Assembly: GCA_010093605.1 (NCBI GenBank)
Contig: MU004189.1
Span: forward strand, 565,834-629,833
DNA length: 64,000 bases
Direction of reading: 5' to 3'
From: Lophium mytilinum
Lineage: Eukaryota
Position 1 is the first letter of the stretch. Each line of letters opens with the position of its first letter. Under the pieces are notes generated by a model. The model was not told where the DNA came from, ran no database searches, and was given only the letters and a program-made list of their open reading frames with translations. Shown in pieces: positions 22,341-35,040 of the stretch. A program made the position numbers and the translations under genes.

Positions 22341-25287
22341 TCACAGCCCACCCGTCGCATCACCTGCACCCCCAGGATACATCGGCACAGTCAGCCTTTG
22401 CATGAAGCCTCTCCTCCTCGGGTCCTCCTCTCCTGCACTCGCATCGCTCTTTTCATCCTCGCTTAGCCCCCTTTCATCGACCATGACCCCGCTTGCTCCT
22501 CCTCCACTGGCTGGCCTGCCAAAACTCGCTGGCCTTCCGCTTCCGCTACCGCCCCCGCTTCCATATCCAATTCCATCATCACTTCGAGTGGGGCTAAGAC
22601 TCCTGAGCCTCCTCAACGGAATGCTCCGCCCAATGCGAGTCGCAGCCGCGGGATCCACCTCCGCCAATGCTACCGGCGTCGCAAGAGATAGTAGCTCGCC
22701 CACAGCCCCCAGATCCGCATCGAACGCTGCACTCTCCAAGTCAGGAGCGCTGGCCGATCCACCTTTCGCCGGCATGACCTGTATGTGGCCCAGCCATCGA
22801 CGAACCAGGAAGCGCTTGACGCGACTCCAAACTCCAAGTTCCTCGCTGGCGGCATCATAGCCCTTAGCCGCGATAGTGCGCTCGGGTGCGAACCAGGATG
22901 TGACAAGGCGCCACTGGATGCCAGAGAGCCAGCCAACCGGGACAAGGTCGGTGCGAGGACCGCGACGGGACCAGAGGGATGGGTGGTTGGCGCTCAATTC
23001 GTGGAAGAGGGTTTCATAGACGCCACGGCGAAGGGGGTCCTGGCGTTGGGAGGCGAGGGTATGTTTGATCCCGTACCAGCCGATGAGGACGGTGATCATC
23101 AGTGGGAAGGCGCTGATGAAGAACCATTTGATTGAGGGATCGTTGCTGAAAGTGTCAACGTTCATACCAAAGAAGCCGACCACAAACGTGAGAGGGAGAA
23201 ATATGAACGTGATCCAAGAGAGACGCCACATGGAGGTTCCAAGCTGGAGACTGTGGCGAGCGTCGCGGATGCCAACTGATTTGTACATTAGGTCGCTGAG
23301 ATTAGTAGTTGGCTTTACGATGCCCTCCTCTATCAGGTTGGACAGTTTGTCGAATTCGTCTGCTGTGTTTTCCAACCACGCTTCTTGTTGTGGCGGGTCT
23401 TCATCGGCGAGTTCCTTGAGGTGATTTTTCATCTCCTTAATGATATTGACGTGGATGTACATGAGGCGTTCCACTTTCAACCAAAGACTAGAATTAGTCC
23501 ACAGTTCAGGTGCTCTAGACTCGTCTGCCGGGTTCTCGTAGATTTTGTCTTCCTACTTTACATTAATTAATGTGTCTCACGGTTGTGGGACCAGGCCCAC
23601 TTACTAAGATACCGACATGCGTCTCGCAAATGTTGAGATACTTCTCCCACGAGAATGCTAGCGCTTTGAATATATCTCGTAAGATGAAATCCATGCACTC
23701 GAGGGCTAAGCGCTCGTCGTTTGATATTTCTTCGCGCGGTAGGTAGAAAGTCAGCCGCCGCCATCTGCTTTCGATTTCTTGCCGGGCTCCAATCAAGGTG
23801 TCCTCTACACACCCGGACTGAGAATGCTCGAAAATTATGATGGTGCTGCCTGTGATCTACAAGTCAGAAAATGCTGCATTCACTTCAAAAGGAAGGGAAG
23901 TGTAAATAAAAGTAGGTCAGCCGAGTAAGGAACATCATACCATTATCAAGCGATTGTAGCTTTGGGATATAGTTCTCGTGCCCATTCGCGCCTTTGTCAT
24001 TGCTATACTGCCTCCGCAATCTTTGATACTCCCTTACTTCGTTCTCGTTGTATGGGTTTCGGATGTCCGGATCCATAGGAAGTGCTGCCTCTCCTTCGCT
24101 TCGCTGTATGTACACGCTCAGTCGCTGCACAAAGGAGTCGTAACCATAGGTTGGGGTGTCAAACGCGTCAAAGTGATTAAGTTCTTGGAACTTCATGAGA
24201 GCGGCATTCTTGTTAAAGCGCCCTTTATCGTAATGACGCAGGTAGTCGAGGCCGAAGGCTGCGCGTGAGATGCCACGCCACGGGTCACGCTGAGTGCGAA
24301 AGGTTTTCCCATTGAGAACAGGTTTTCCTCCACGGCGCTGGGGCCGTTCATACTTCGCCCAGCGACCGAATGTGGTGCCCACTAGGTCGTCGTGATGGTC
24401 AATGTTGAATTTGCGGAGGAGAAAGCGTGTGGCCCACGAAGCATTTTGGACGTGTCTTGAGGCATATTAGAGTCAGAATTACTAGCATTAGGAACCGAGG
24501 AAGCACGGAGTAATGGAACATGACCTACATGACCCTCAGCGCAGCTTGGTGAGATAGATCTTGCTACTCCGATGTTAATGCGGCCCTTTCAGCTCAAAGA
24601 ATGCACTCAACATACATTCGCATAGAACCTCCTCAGTCCGTCCACATCTCCAAATTCCTGCGCGACAATCTTTCGCCGTCCGTTTTGTGTATGTTCTGCC
24701 TGACCTTAGCTCATGTACCATTTCCTGCCCTGGTCGACCTTCCACATTTTCACCATTCACGCTTCCCAACCACTTGAGACAAGAACGCACCTCTAGCCAC
24801 ATAATCAATCAACAGCACACGTCCGTTCTTCCAACTATCCTTTGTCCACTTCTCCTTCCACTCTATACCAGGACTGTGTCTCCGTCTATGCCAGGTCGAA
24901 GTGCGTCGCGCACGCAGACTCGCCGGGTCAGGGTCTTGAGGGTTTTGCGCCTCGTTTGGTGGGAATTGGAAGTTGCTTCGGAACCCAGTGGTGGAGGCGG
25001 AAGCTGAGGCAGTAGTAGTCGAAGGACCGGAGTCTGCAAGGAAGAATGAATCAGTAAGGTGTCTCTTCGTAAAGCTTGAAGCTTGAAGCTTGAGCACGCG
25101 TAGCGTGTCGTTCTAGCTGTTGGAACAACCCACCTTCAGGCTTCACACTCTCCCTCCTCGGCACTGCCCCCGTAGTGGTGTCTTCAATGGTAATCGGCGG
25201 GGGATCCGATTTGGAGCGTTTCGAGCTCGATGGTAGAGCCGGTTGAAGTGGAGGCGTAGACTTCGGAGGCGGCCTCGAGCTCGCCAT
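22341..25287 (-). CDS. CorA-like Mg2+ transporter; multi-exon
   Basis: C-terminal LSWITFIFLPLTFVVGFFGMN followed by a second TM helix. Upstream ORF pieces join in frame through GT-AG introns (e.g. 25133-25034, donor at 24790, two micro-exons near 24530-24695). Confidence 0.85.
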
Positions 25288-26475
25288 GCTTCATTAATTG
25301 AGAACAGTACAGTTAAACAAACACAAGCTATCTCAGCTAGCAAGCGTCGCCAATCAGTGGACGAGCGCAATGAGTAGCGCGAGAGAATAAATAGAAAAGT
25401 CACCGCAAAGGTCGCACGCGTCGTGAAGTAGTGAATTGCGCGCCAGCATGCTGACAGCAAGGCTGCGTGTATAAGGCTACGTATATACGGTAGTAGCAGG
25501 AGAAGTATCGATCTAGGCAGCGTAGCGGGCTGCGGTTTCCTTTACGTGCGCGAAATGCAGCGTTCCGCTCCCGCTGCCGTGGTATTTGGGGGCCGATGAA
25601 CACCGGTGGTCAGCCTTGGAGGCTGATCCCTTGTGGTCATCTGCCATCTTGATCGCCGCTTTGGGAGTTCACGGTGTGGCAGACGATCCTTCGATGCAGC
25701 CATGGCGGAGGTGGGTAAGAAAGAGCAAGGTTAGATGTACGCCTGATGGTGAAGGATCATCGAGTAAGATTCTATCAATATCTTCGTGTCTTTGACCTGA
25801 GGAGGTCCTTGATTGGCCCAACCTCGAAAGAGTAGATAGTACGTTTGAACAACCAATACATCTTGCACTATCCTATAGCCATGATAGGATGTCTATACTC
25901 AGTTACTCATCCTGTAATTAAGGAATAACATGATGGCAAAGGTAATATATGTCACGTGATGACGAACTCGAACTCCCCTCCGCAGGAAATGGCAGTCTCC
26001 CTCCTATATTCCCGGGCCACAAGAACCAGAGCCTATCACCATTACCCATCACCCAATACAATACAATCAGACTGTACTAATGATACAGCGTCGTCCGAAA
26101 TATATACCTCACTCAATCAGATACTCGAGCATACCTGATCTAGATAAGACGTAAAAACGGCCATCGAAGGTACTAGTTCCAGACGGTATACCTAATTACG
26201 TTAGTGAATATTGATGCTACTCCGAGTCCTACTCCGGAGTCTTTGATTCCTTTCCGTGATACACCTCAGTGCATTACTTACTCTAAGGTTAGCCATCTAT
26301 CCACTTGTTATTCAAAGGGCGTGTGTAAGGTAGTCTTGGCTAACATCGTCAGTTTGTGTTCATATCCGGGATATAAGACCCTTTTCATATGCCTTACATA
26401 TGAATCTCTGTGACAGTCCCCCTTAAACAACTATACTACTCTATCTACTCAAACTACCGTAAATTCCTATTTATC

Positions 26476-27830
26476 ATGTACTTCAACTCCTCCGCCGCTA
26501 TATACCAAACCAACACCACCCTCAACCCCGCAGTCTTCCCCTTTCACCGCCGCCTCCCAGGCTACAACACTACCCGCCTCGTCCCCCTCCCCGACGTCGC
26601 CAAAGAACTGGGCCTCGGACATGTCCTCCTTAAAGATGAATCCGACCGCTTCAGACTACCCGCGTTTAAGATCCTAGGCGCATCGTGGGCAATCCACCGC
26701 GCCATAGCCACTCAGTCAGCTCTCGACCTCTCTTCCTCAATTGAGGCCGTCAGCACAGCGGCGAAAGATGCGGGAATCAAACTCGTGACGTGCTCAGAGG
26801 GGAACTGGGGACGGGCTGTTGCGCGGATGGCAAAATATTTAGGCATCCCCGCAACAATTTTCGTGCCGAAGTTCATGGATCTGGCCACGCAAGGGCGGAT
26901 TGGGAGTGAAGGGGCGACGGTGGAGGTTGTGCAAGGAAATTACGATGATTCTATTGTGGCGGCAAGAGAAGAGGCGAAGAAGCCGGGGCGGTTGTTGGTG
27001 ATGGATACGAGTTGGGACGGATATGAGACAATCCCGCAGGTAAAGATGCAATTCACTTTCCGTCAACTTATTACTCCCATTACTCCCTTTACTCCCATTA
27101 TTACCTTTACTTACATTACTCCCTTTACTCTCTTTACTTACATTACTCTCATTACTTACATTACGCTCTTTACTCACATTACTCCCTTTACTCACATTAC
27201 TCCCATTACTCCCATTACTCACATTACTCACATTACTCACATTACTCACATTACTCACATTACTCACATTACTCCCATAACTTACTGATGTTTATCTATC
27301 CATAGTGGGTTGTCGAAGGCTACTCCACCATGCTCACAGAAACGGATGCACAAGTCCAAGAACTCACGGGCAAGACAGCCACCTTTGCCATCGCCTCTGT
27401 CGGCGTCGGCTCATGGGCGCAGTCAGTCGTCATGCACTACAAAACTCATTCCGCTCGAGCAACGGTCGTTACAGTGGAGCCAGATACGGCGGCCTGTCTG
27501 CAGGCGTCGCTCCAGGCAGGTAAGATCACTACGGTGGATACTGCTGAAAGCATCATGTGCGGGATGAACTGCGGCACTGTTTCTACGACAGCGTGGCCTG
27601 TGCTCCGCGCTGGCGTGGGGATCAGTGTTGCTATCACGGACGTTGAAGCGCATGAATCTGTGCAGTATTTGCATGCGAGGGGAGTCATGGTAGGGCCATG
27701 TGGTGCAGCGACTTTGGGAGCGCTGAGGAGGCTTTGTAAGGAGGAGAAGGGAAGGTTAGGGCTGGGGAAGGAGTCTGTGGTGGTTTTGTTTAGTACGGAG
27801 GGGGCGAGGGAGTATGTGGCTCCGAAGTAA
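26476..27830 (+). CDS. Diaminopropionate ammonia-lyase-like PLP enzyme (fold type II); 2 exons
   Basis: LKDESDRFRLPAFKILGASWA, SEGNWGRAVA, GVGSWA and SIMCGMNCG. Intron 27040-27305 gives IPQ|WVVEGY. Confidence 0.88.
27070..27285. repeat. Intronic 9-bp tandem repeat, 24 copies, consensus (A/T)TTACT(C/T)(A/C)C
   Basis: 216 bp = 24 x 9, e.g. ATTACTCAC x6 near the 3' end. Confidence 0.95.
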
Positions 27831-27874
27831 CCAGACAAGGGTGGGGATCTCGATAGACAATTTAAGATGAATGT

Positions 27875-28395
27875 TTAGGCTAAAGGGAACTCACAGATGA
27901 AGGATGAGCACGATATTGCCAGAAAATTGGATACTGGTTGCTCGAAAGACACGATGTGTTTCCGTTCTTCATGACACTCAAAAGAAGACGTGATTGATGA
28001 TATGGTTTCAGCTGCACATCTCCACAACTCTGGTCCCAACGGCAAAACTCGCGAGCTGCGGCTTATATCCTCACTCACTTGTTCAAGAACCGCAGACGTG
28101 GCAGCAATGTAAGACATGCTAATCGGTTCGCAGAGATCGAAGGGCTGATTCCGAGGGTAGGAATACGTAAGTAGGCCTCGACAGCACAACTCAGGGTTGC
28201 TCGTCATGAGCTTCCAGGTGTCAGAGGTCACGCGGTAGTGGGTGCTGTTGGTTTCGCCGCCCCATCTGTGGTGGATGCTTATGGGACGGGTTTGGTGGTG
28301 GAATACTAGACACGTCAGTAGAGTAACATCGGAGTGGAATGAGGTTCTACCGACGACTAAGACGCACTGCTGTTGAGTTTGTGGCAAGCTACCAT
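27875..28395 (-). CDS. Possible small spliced orphan gene or relic
   Basis: ATG 28395 and intron 28367-28306 (GTGCGT..CTGAC..TAG) splice in frame into ORF 27875-28305. No recognisable domain. Confidence 0.25.
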
Positions 28396-28884
28396 GGTAA
28401 TGTGTGTGGGAGTTTTGGTCGCGACATCTCCATGAAATGTACCTTAAAGAAGCAGCATCATAGAACTATGCGGTTAAGAGCAACTTCAGGAATGATCATA
28501 AGGCGATGATGTCGAGTGATTATATAATATTCTTTTGAGGAGAGATTTGAACGCTATTAATGTATGTACATCGTGAAAATGGTATCGTGATTGAGGAGGC
28601 CAGGAACTCCTCATAATGCCGGAAATTCATGCAAACTTTCTGCGCTTGAATTCAAAAAAGAGACTTCTATGCATAAACACGTGCGTCTCACCACATATGC
28701 AGCCTCCATGGCGCATTAACAACGCGAAATGGTTCGACCATCTACCTGGGCTCAGGACAAAGGCGAGAGCTGCCTCTTTGAATGGCCTAAGAGAGTGGTA
28801 CTCCAGCGTTTTGCGAGGCGGCGCGGAGCTCTATGCAGGCGGACAGCTCGTTCTCGATCGTCTGAAAAAGACCTTTCCATCCTC

Positions 28885-30401
28885 TTAGATGATAGCCTTA
28901 ATTTTCCATCCAGTCTTCGCAATTCTTGCTGCTACCAGTGTTAGTCCTCCACAGATCAAACAAGTGCCAGCGAACATCTGGGCATGTAGGTAGTTGCCGT
29001 GGTTAGACTGGATGAGTGCGCCAGCAAGAGGCGGTCCTGTGAGACAAGCTACCGAGACGATGGAAAAACCCATGCCCATACGTACTCCAGCTTTGCTGAG
29101 GTCCGTCGTCAAGCTCGACAGCGTCGCCGGAAACATACTTTGCATGGCAGCGGCAAAGAGACCATATATGACTGAAAAGGCGTAGAGACCGCCAGTAGAG
29201 GTTACGCCAGCCCATGAGTATATCAATATTCCAGAGAGGAAGGCGAAAGGAATGATCATGTTCAAGGGGCCAACACGATCGGCGAAGAAGTTTGGTACAA
29301 TGCGGCCGACGTATCCGACTCCGTTCATGATCATCAATAGGTATATGGAGTCCTTGTTGCTCATACCAATGATATCTCTTCCGTATGCCCCAACCTGTGG
29401 ATTCTATCAGCATTGGGCTCGTTGCAGTATTGCTACCGCGATATACGTACGTAATAGAAAGCGAAGTAAAGCGCCCAGAAATTGAGAAACATTCCAACGC
29501 AGTAGAGCACATAAGTAGGCTCTTTCAGAGCAGCCCATTCAACTAGCGGGCCTGCTTTCCGCGGAGGTAATCGTGGTTTCAAAAACGCACAGGCAACAGA
29601 AGCTTGAGCAATAGTGACAAACCCTATAACTCGCATTGTCCAACCAAATCCGATTTGATCTAGTAGTTGGGTCGCAATGGCTGGATAGATCTAAAAATAC
29701 TTAGTATTAGGGGCGAGAGAGGCAAACGCAAAACTGACTAGTCCGCCTGTAGCTGAGCCAGCAGCTGCTAAGCCTATGGCTAACGACTTGTTCTTGCTGA
29801 AATATGTGGAAAGCAAAGACATCGTGGGACAGAATTGAAGCCCATTTCCAATTCCTGTGCAGACACCTTGTGCTAGGAACAGCTGCCAGTATTTTGTCGA
29901 AAGCGATGTCATGAAGATACCGAGGACTTGGAAGAATACTCCCAGCATGAATACTGGGCGGAAGAGACCCGCATCAGTTGCTCTACCTGAGAATGTGCCG
30001 ATGAAGAATAGGAGGAAGATCTGGCAAGATCCGACCCATGATATATCGGATGGTGGATGGCCGAGTGTGCCCGAGTAGTAGCTTTGAAATACGCCGTAAG
30101 AGCTGATTTGTCCCCAGGTTTCACATATTACAAGATGGGCCACGGCGACCTGGATCCATGCTTTTCCTCCATCTGGGGGTGGTCCAGGATCTTTGTGCAA
30201 GGAGACGTTGGACCTAAGACGATCAAGTACACCGCCATTGCTCGTTTCTATCGCCTTGGGTTCCACTGGTTGAAATGACTGAGAGGGCTCCCCTACAGAC
30301 TGTTCGCGGTCCACGGTCATATCGTCTCTGTCTGACCAGTCACGTTCTTTTTCTTCAAGCTCTGGAGTCAGTACCCCGCTCTGGCGTTGCTTCTCAGTCA
30401 T
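28885..30401 (-). CDS. MFS monocarboxylate-porter (MCH-like) transporter; 3 exons
   Basis: PPDGG..AW, SYGVFQ.YY, DISWVGS and RMGMGFS..GPPLAG. Introns near 29738-29691 and 29449-29395. Confidence 0.9.
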
Positions 30402-31027
30402 AATGTTGGGAATTGTGGGCAACGAATGAAGTGATTTCGCGCATTGAAGTATGCATACAATGAGGAAATGAAGGCAGAGAAAGTGTATATTATATTATCA
30501 TAGGATGGTGATAGCAGGTATGACACATCCTCACCGGCCTTTACTTTGTAGTAGTCCGATGGCGGAGAACCATGGCAATTAATTTTTGGAGATCAAGGCG
30601 CTGTCACCAAAGGGCGTAAGCCTAGTCGATCTGTGGGTCCTGTCCGCGGCCGATGCTGGGTGCTGTACATCGGGAATAAGGCCGCTGCCGTATTTGCCGT
30701 TCGGGAGGGCCGCCGAGATGTAGAGGTCTTATCCAATCCAACTGTGTTGATGATTCTACTCTGATATGTTGAGATATTCTTCACGGGAAGGCGCCTTTTT
30801 CCCCACGAGTCTGAACGAGAGGTATAGCTATGGTAAAGAATGGTAAAGAAAGAAGCACTGCGCGGCCCTGAGGCCTTTGATGAGAATACAAGACCCGAGG
30901 AGATGTTGTAGAAACCCTCACGTAACTGCAAAGCACTGACCGGTAAATGGTCAAAGCGCCAGGTGGTCATCACCTCAAGGCACAACTTCACGAGCATTCT
31001 ACGGCAGCATCCGCGTGCGCGTACATC

Positions 31028-32044
31028 ATGGCACCATCCTCAGGACTAGCACGGACAGTCTTCATAAATCCGGCCAGAATCGTTGTCACAGCATCCTGGC
31101 TCTATCCCCTGAAGGTATGCGCACATGTTTATGAATCATTAACCAGTCTGACTCAAACAGGGCATTGTATATTTCGCAGGCCATTCATTCCTATGGCCCC
31201 TACTGCGAGCGCGTCTCCTCCCTGCCTTCCTCCTCAGTATCTTTGTGCTGTTCAACCTCTTTTTCTGGACCTACCTACCTCAAGTCGCTTTCCTCGCCAT
31301 CTTCCACCATGCGGGCGCATGGGTGAATGGAACGTTTCTAGTCCTCGGGGAGGGTGCAGCGATCGTAGCACTACTCTTTGAAGCGTTTTTCGTGGTATGA
31401 CCATACAAGGTGGACCTGCGCCAACTAGCCAACGCTGACAAGCTGTAGGATGAATCACAGCTTGATACCTTCGACTCGATATTGGTCAATAAAGGCTGGG
31501 ATGACTTGGTAGCTACTAGGCGGCCGGTTTCGATTGAGGGTGAGAACCCGTTGAAAAGACTAGGGAAGCCAACTCGGTCTTCGGTGTATGGACCTTTCTC
31601 GCTGCGGCAGATTGTGGAGTTCATCGTCCTGCTACCCCTCAACTTCATACCGTTTGTGGGAGTACCTCTATTCTTGATCCTTACTGGATACCGGGCGGGG
31701 CCGTTGCAGCATTGGCGATACTTCCAGCTGCATGACTTGGACAAGAAGCAGAGGAGAGCGTTCGTCAGAGGACGGCAATGGCAGTACACCTGGTAAGTGA
31801 AACAGGAGGCCCCCTTCTAGCAGGTGTTATGTAGACTGACATGCATAGGTTTGGAACGGTGGCATTGTTACTCCAGCTTATTCCAGTTCTTTCAATGTTC
31901 TTCCTGATGACGACAGCTGCAGGGTCGGCCCTGTGGGCTGCTGATCTCGAAACCCAGTTGCAGAGAGAAGAAGCACAGAGCACGGTGGTGGGACCGAGTT
32001 ATACAGATGACTCCCAACACGGAGTTGAAGACAATCCTGTTTGA
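31028..32044 (+). CDS. EI24-domain membrane protein (Lds1/Rrt8-like); 4 exons
   Basis: WLYPLK|GIVYF, LPLNFIPFVG, HWRYFQL and FG.VALLLQLIP. GT-AG introns with donors at 31115, 31395 and 31793. Confidence 0.82.
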
Positions 32045-32538
32045 TCAATACAGATGCTCTTAGAGGCCTTGTGTGTATGAATCTGTAAACTACCATCACT
32101 GTTCTTTTCGGTTAGGACGAACGTGATATTGCATTCTCGATTTAACTGCTTTTCTTCTACTACTCTTTTACAGAGCCGACCTTTCGCTTTTCATCTTGAA
32201 CTCAGACAAGCACCGTTGAAATGACAGGGACGTTATGAGATCAGTACTTGGTGGTGTTCTCGAGTACTTATATACCATACTTTTAGCACAGATGACTCTC
32301 TAAAGCTCTACTGAGCTAGCTACTGAAAACCTACAATAAGAAGTAATCTGCTAGTAGGACAACCTTGGGAGGGTCTGTGGGGTGCTTCTGGAGACGCAGC
32401 AGATTGAAATGATACATCACGTGACTGCGCCGGATGAATGTCGGTAATCTTTGGCGCCCTCTCATCAACAAGTCCCAGCCACACCAACGCGTTCTTCTCC
32501 TTCATCAACACCACCTCATCCACACCACCCACCCCACC

Positions 32539-34367
32539 ATGTTCTACTCCGAGACCCTGCTGTCCAGAGAGGGGCCGCTGGCCCGTGTCTGGCTGGCTGC
32601 CAACATGGAGCGTAAGCTCTCGAAGAACATGATCGTGAGCTCAAACATAACGCAGAACGTTAATACCATCGTCGGGAAGGACCAGGCGGACCAGGCGCCG
32701 ATCGCCCTGCGACTCAGTGGCCAGCTGCTGCTCGGCGTGGTGCGCATCTACAGCCGGAAGGCGCGCTATCTGTTGGAAGACTGCAATGAAGCACTCCTGA
32801 AGCTTAAGATGGTCAGTCGCGTCATTTTGCGACTTTGCGCAATTCGCATTTTCTAACAATTGGATAGGCTTTTAGGTCTAGCAATGATGTCGATATCCCC
32901 GCGAACCAGACCCACGCCGCGAATCCGAAGTCTCTGTTGCTTGTTGATCAGGTTACTGATATGGACCTCTTTTTGGCGCCGCCGGATCCCTTTATGCTTC
33001 AAACTCAATCACAGCTACGGGGTGACCTAGGGGCTGCGCAAGATCCGAACTACTTGATATACAGCCAGCAGGTTCTATCTACAAGCATTGAGGAGCCTAC
33101 GGAGGATACTGTTGAAGCTCTGGACAATGACATCGACCTTAATTTTGACGATGACCTTCTGGATGGAACGAGCATGGGAATCGAAATGGCCAGAGATGCC
33201 CCGCTTGAGCGAAACGCGTCGGAGGAGTTTGGCGATAGCGCGAAGCCACTAGACGACGATGTGCAGCTGAATTTTGGAGATGATGACCTCATTGTAGAGG
33301 ATACCTCCCTGTTCCAGGGAGCCTTGGATCACAATGACCCGGACACGCCTAATACACCTCACTTTCCTGACCTGGGTGACGTGGGTGCAGACCGCCGGCA
33401 ACGGGACACACTATCGCCGCTATCTTCCATTCGTTCCAGCGTGGAACGAGAGCTGGAACAGACGGTCAATGGGGGACAAAATACGACTCTTTTCGAACCT
33501 CAGGACGAGGAAGATGAGACCCTGCACCAACAGGCCCACAAGGCTAAGCGGCGCAAACTCTTGCATGCTGATGCGGACACCGAAATCCACTCTAACCAGA
33601 TCAGGGCGCAGCAGAACGATCGATCGAAGATCCTGAAAGCCGCTTCCTTCTTACCGCGGGATCCCATGCTCCTCGCGCTCATGACCATGCAAAAGACAGG
33701 AGGGTTTGTCTCGAGTATCTTGGGTGAAGGTCGCAACATTGGTTGGGCACCGGAACTCAGGGATCTCTTGTCACTGGAAGTCGTAAAGCGTTCGGGGGAG
33801 CTGAAGCGGAAACGAAAGACCGAGGAAGACGACGCTCCTGTGGATATCAATCTCGACGACAATGACGAGACGATTCTAGCCAACGACGACACCCTCACCG
33901 GCATTCAGGATGATATCATTGAGCTCCCCGAAGATGCGCCAGCACCACCCCCACTCGAATTGGATGAGGAGGAAGCATTATCCCCCATTCCCGATAATTT
34001 CGACGACACAACAGCTCCTTTCTTGCACCCGGCCGACAGCGGCCCTATCTCACTAGGCACGAAGAATGCCGTTCATCTACTCCGCGAGAGGTTCGGACCA
34101 GCTGCTGCGGAGAGCGAATCTGAGAGGCTGAAGACCAGCGTGCTGTTCCAAGATATGTTGCCGGAGGAGAAGACGACTAAGGCCGATGCGACACGGATGT
34201 TCTTTGAGATGTTAGTGCTGGCTACTAAGTCTGCTATCAAGGTAGAACAGCCAGTCGACCAACTTGGTGGACCTCTTCGGTTCAGAGCCCAGCGAGGGCT
34301 TTGGGGAGATTGGGCTGAGGCGGAGGCTGGCGGAGAGATTGCAGCGGCTGTCGAGGCTGCAGCGTAA
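32539..34367 (+). CDS. RAD21: Cohesin kleisin subunit Rad21/Scc1
   Basis: MFYSETLLS..GPLARVWLAA..ALRLSGQLLLGVVRIY and C-terminal ATRMFFEMLVLATK..VEQ. Intron 32812-32868. Confidence 0.95.
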
Positions 34368-35040
34368 ATAGGCTTTGAAGGATTGGACGTTGGACTGGAC
34401 GAGTTTGAAGTCTTATTATGAGGGATTGGGGGTTGGAGTTGGCGGATTCTGGCCTGATTTGGGCTATATCATATGGGAGTTGCGGTTGGAGGTTTTCCTA
34501 AGCAGGTGGGCGTTTTGATGCGGAGGGCCTGGACTTTACTTCCTATCATTGTTTTCAATACGTATTGTTGAATAAGCTCTGGACTAGTTCTCTCGTATTA
34601 GGTAGATACCAGCTCTAATGCAGTCAAGATTTGGATGCACGGTTTAAAGTTTGCTCGTAGTTCTAGCACTGCGACCTAAGTCTGCATGCACTCGAGTGTC
34701 TTTGTTCAAGGTCCCACGATGCATTTCGAGTATTTAGTATGAACGAAATTTAATTGACTAAGCATAGATGGCCGGCGAAACCATCCAAGCTACCTTACGC
34801 GTTATTATCACATAGTGCTCACATTACATACTAGGTCAAGTGAATCTGTATGGGCCATTCATAACTTTGCTGGTGAGAGGTTTCCATCACGTGGGGCCTG
34901 AATACGGTTAGCGTCTCGCTTCATTGCCAAGACATTTCTGCCCTCCCACGAAACTTTGGAATTCATCGAACCTCGCCGTCGCCAGCCATCGCCAACTTAT
35001 TCCACCTCTCCAATCGACAATCCACCCACCTCCACTCACA

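Noticed and set aside
26839..27267. ORF with SNV/SKG repeats
   Set aside because: Antisense reading of the intronic 9-mer repeat.
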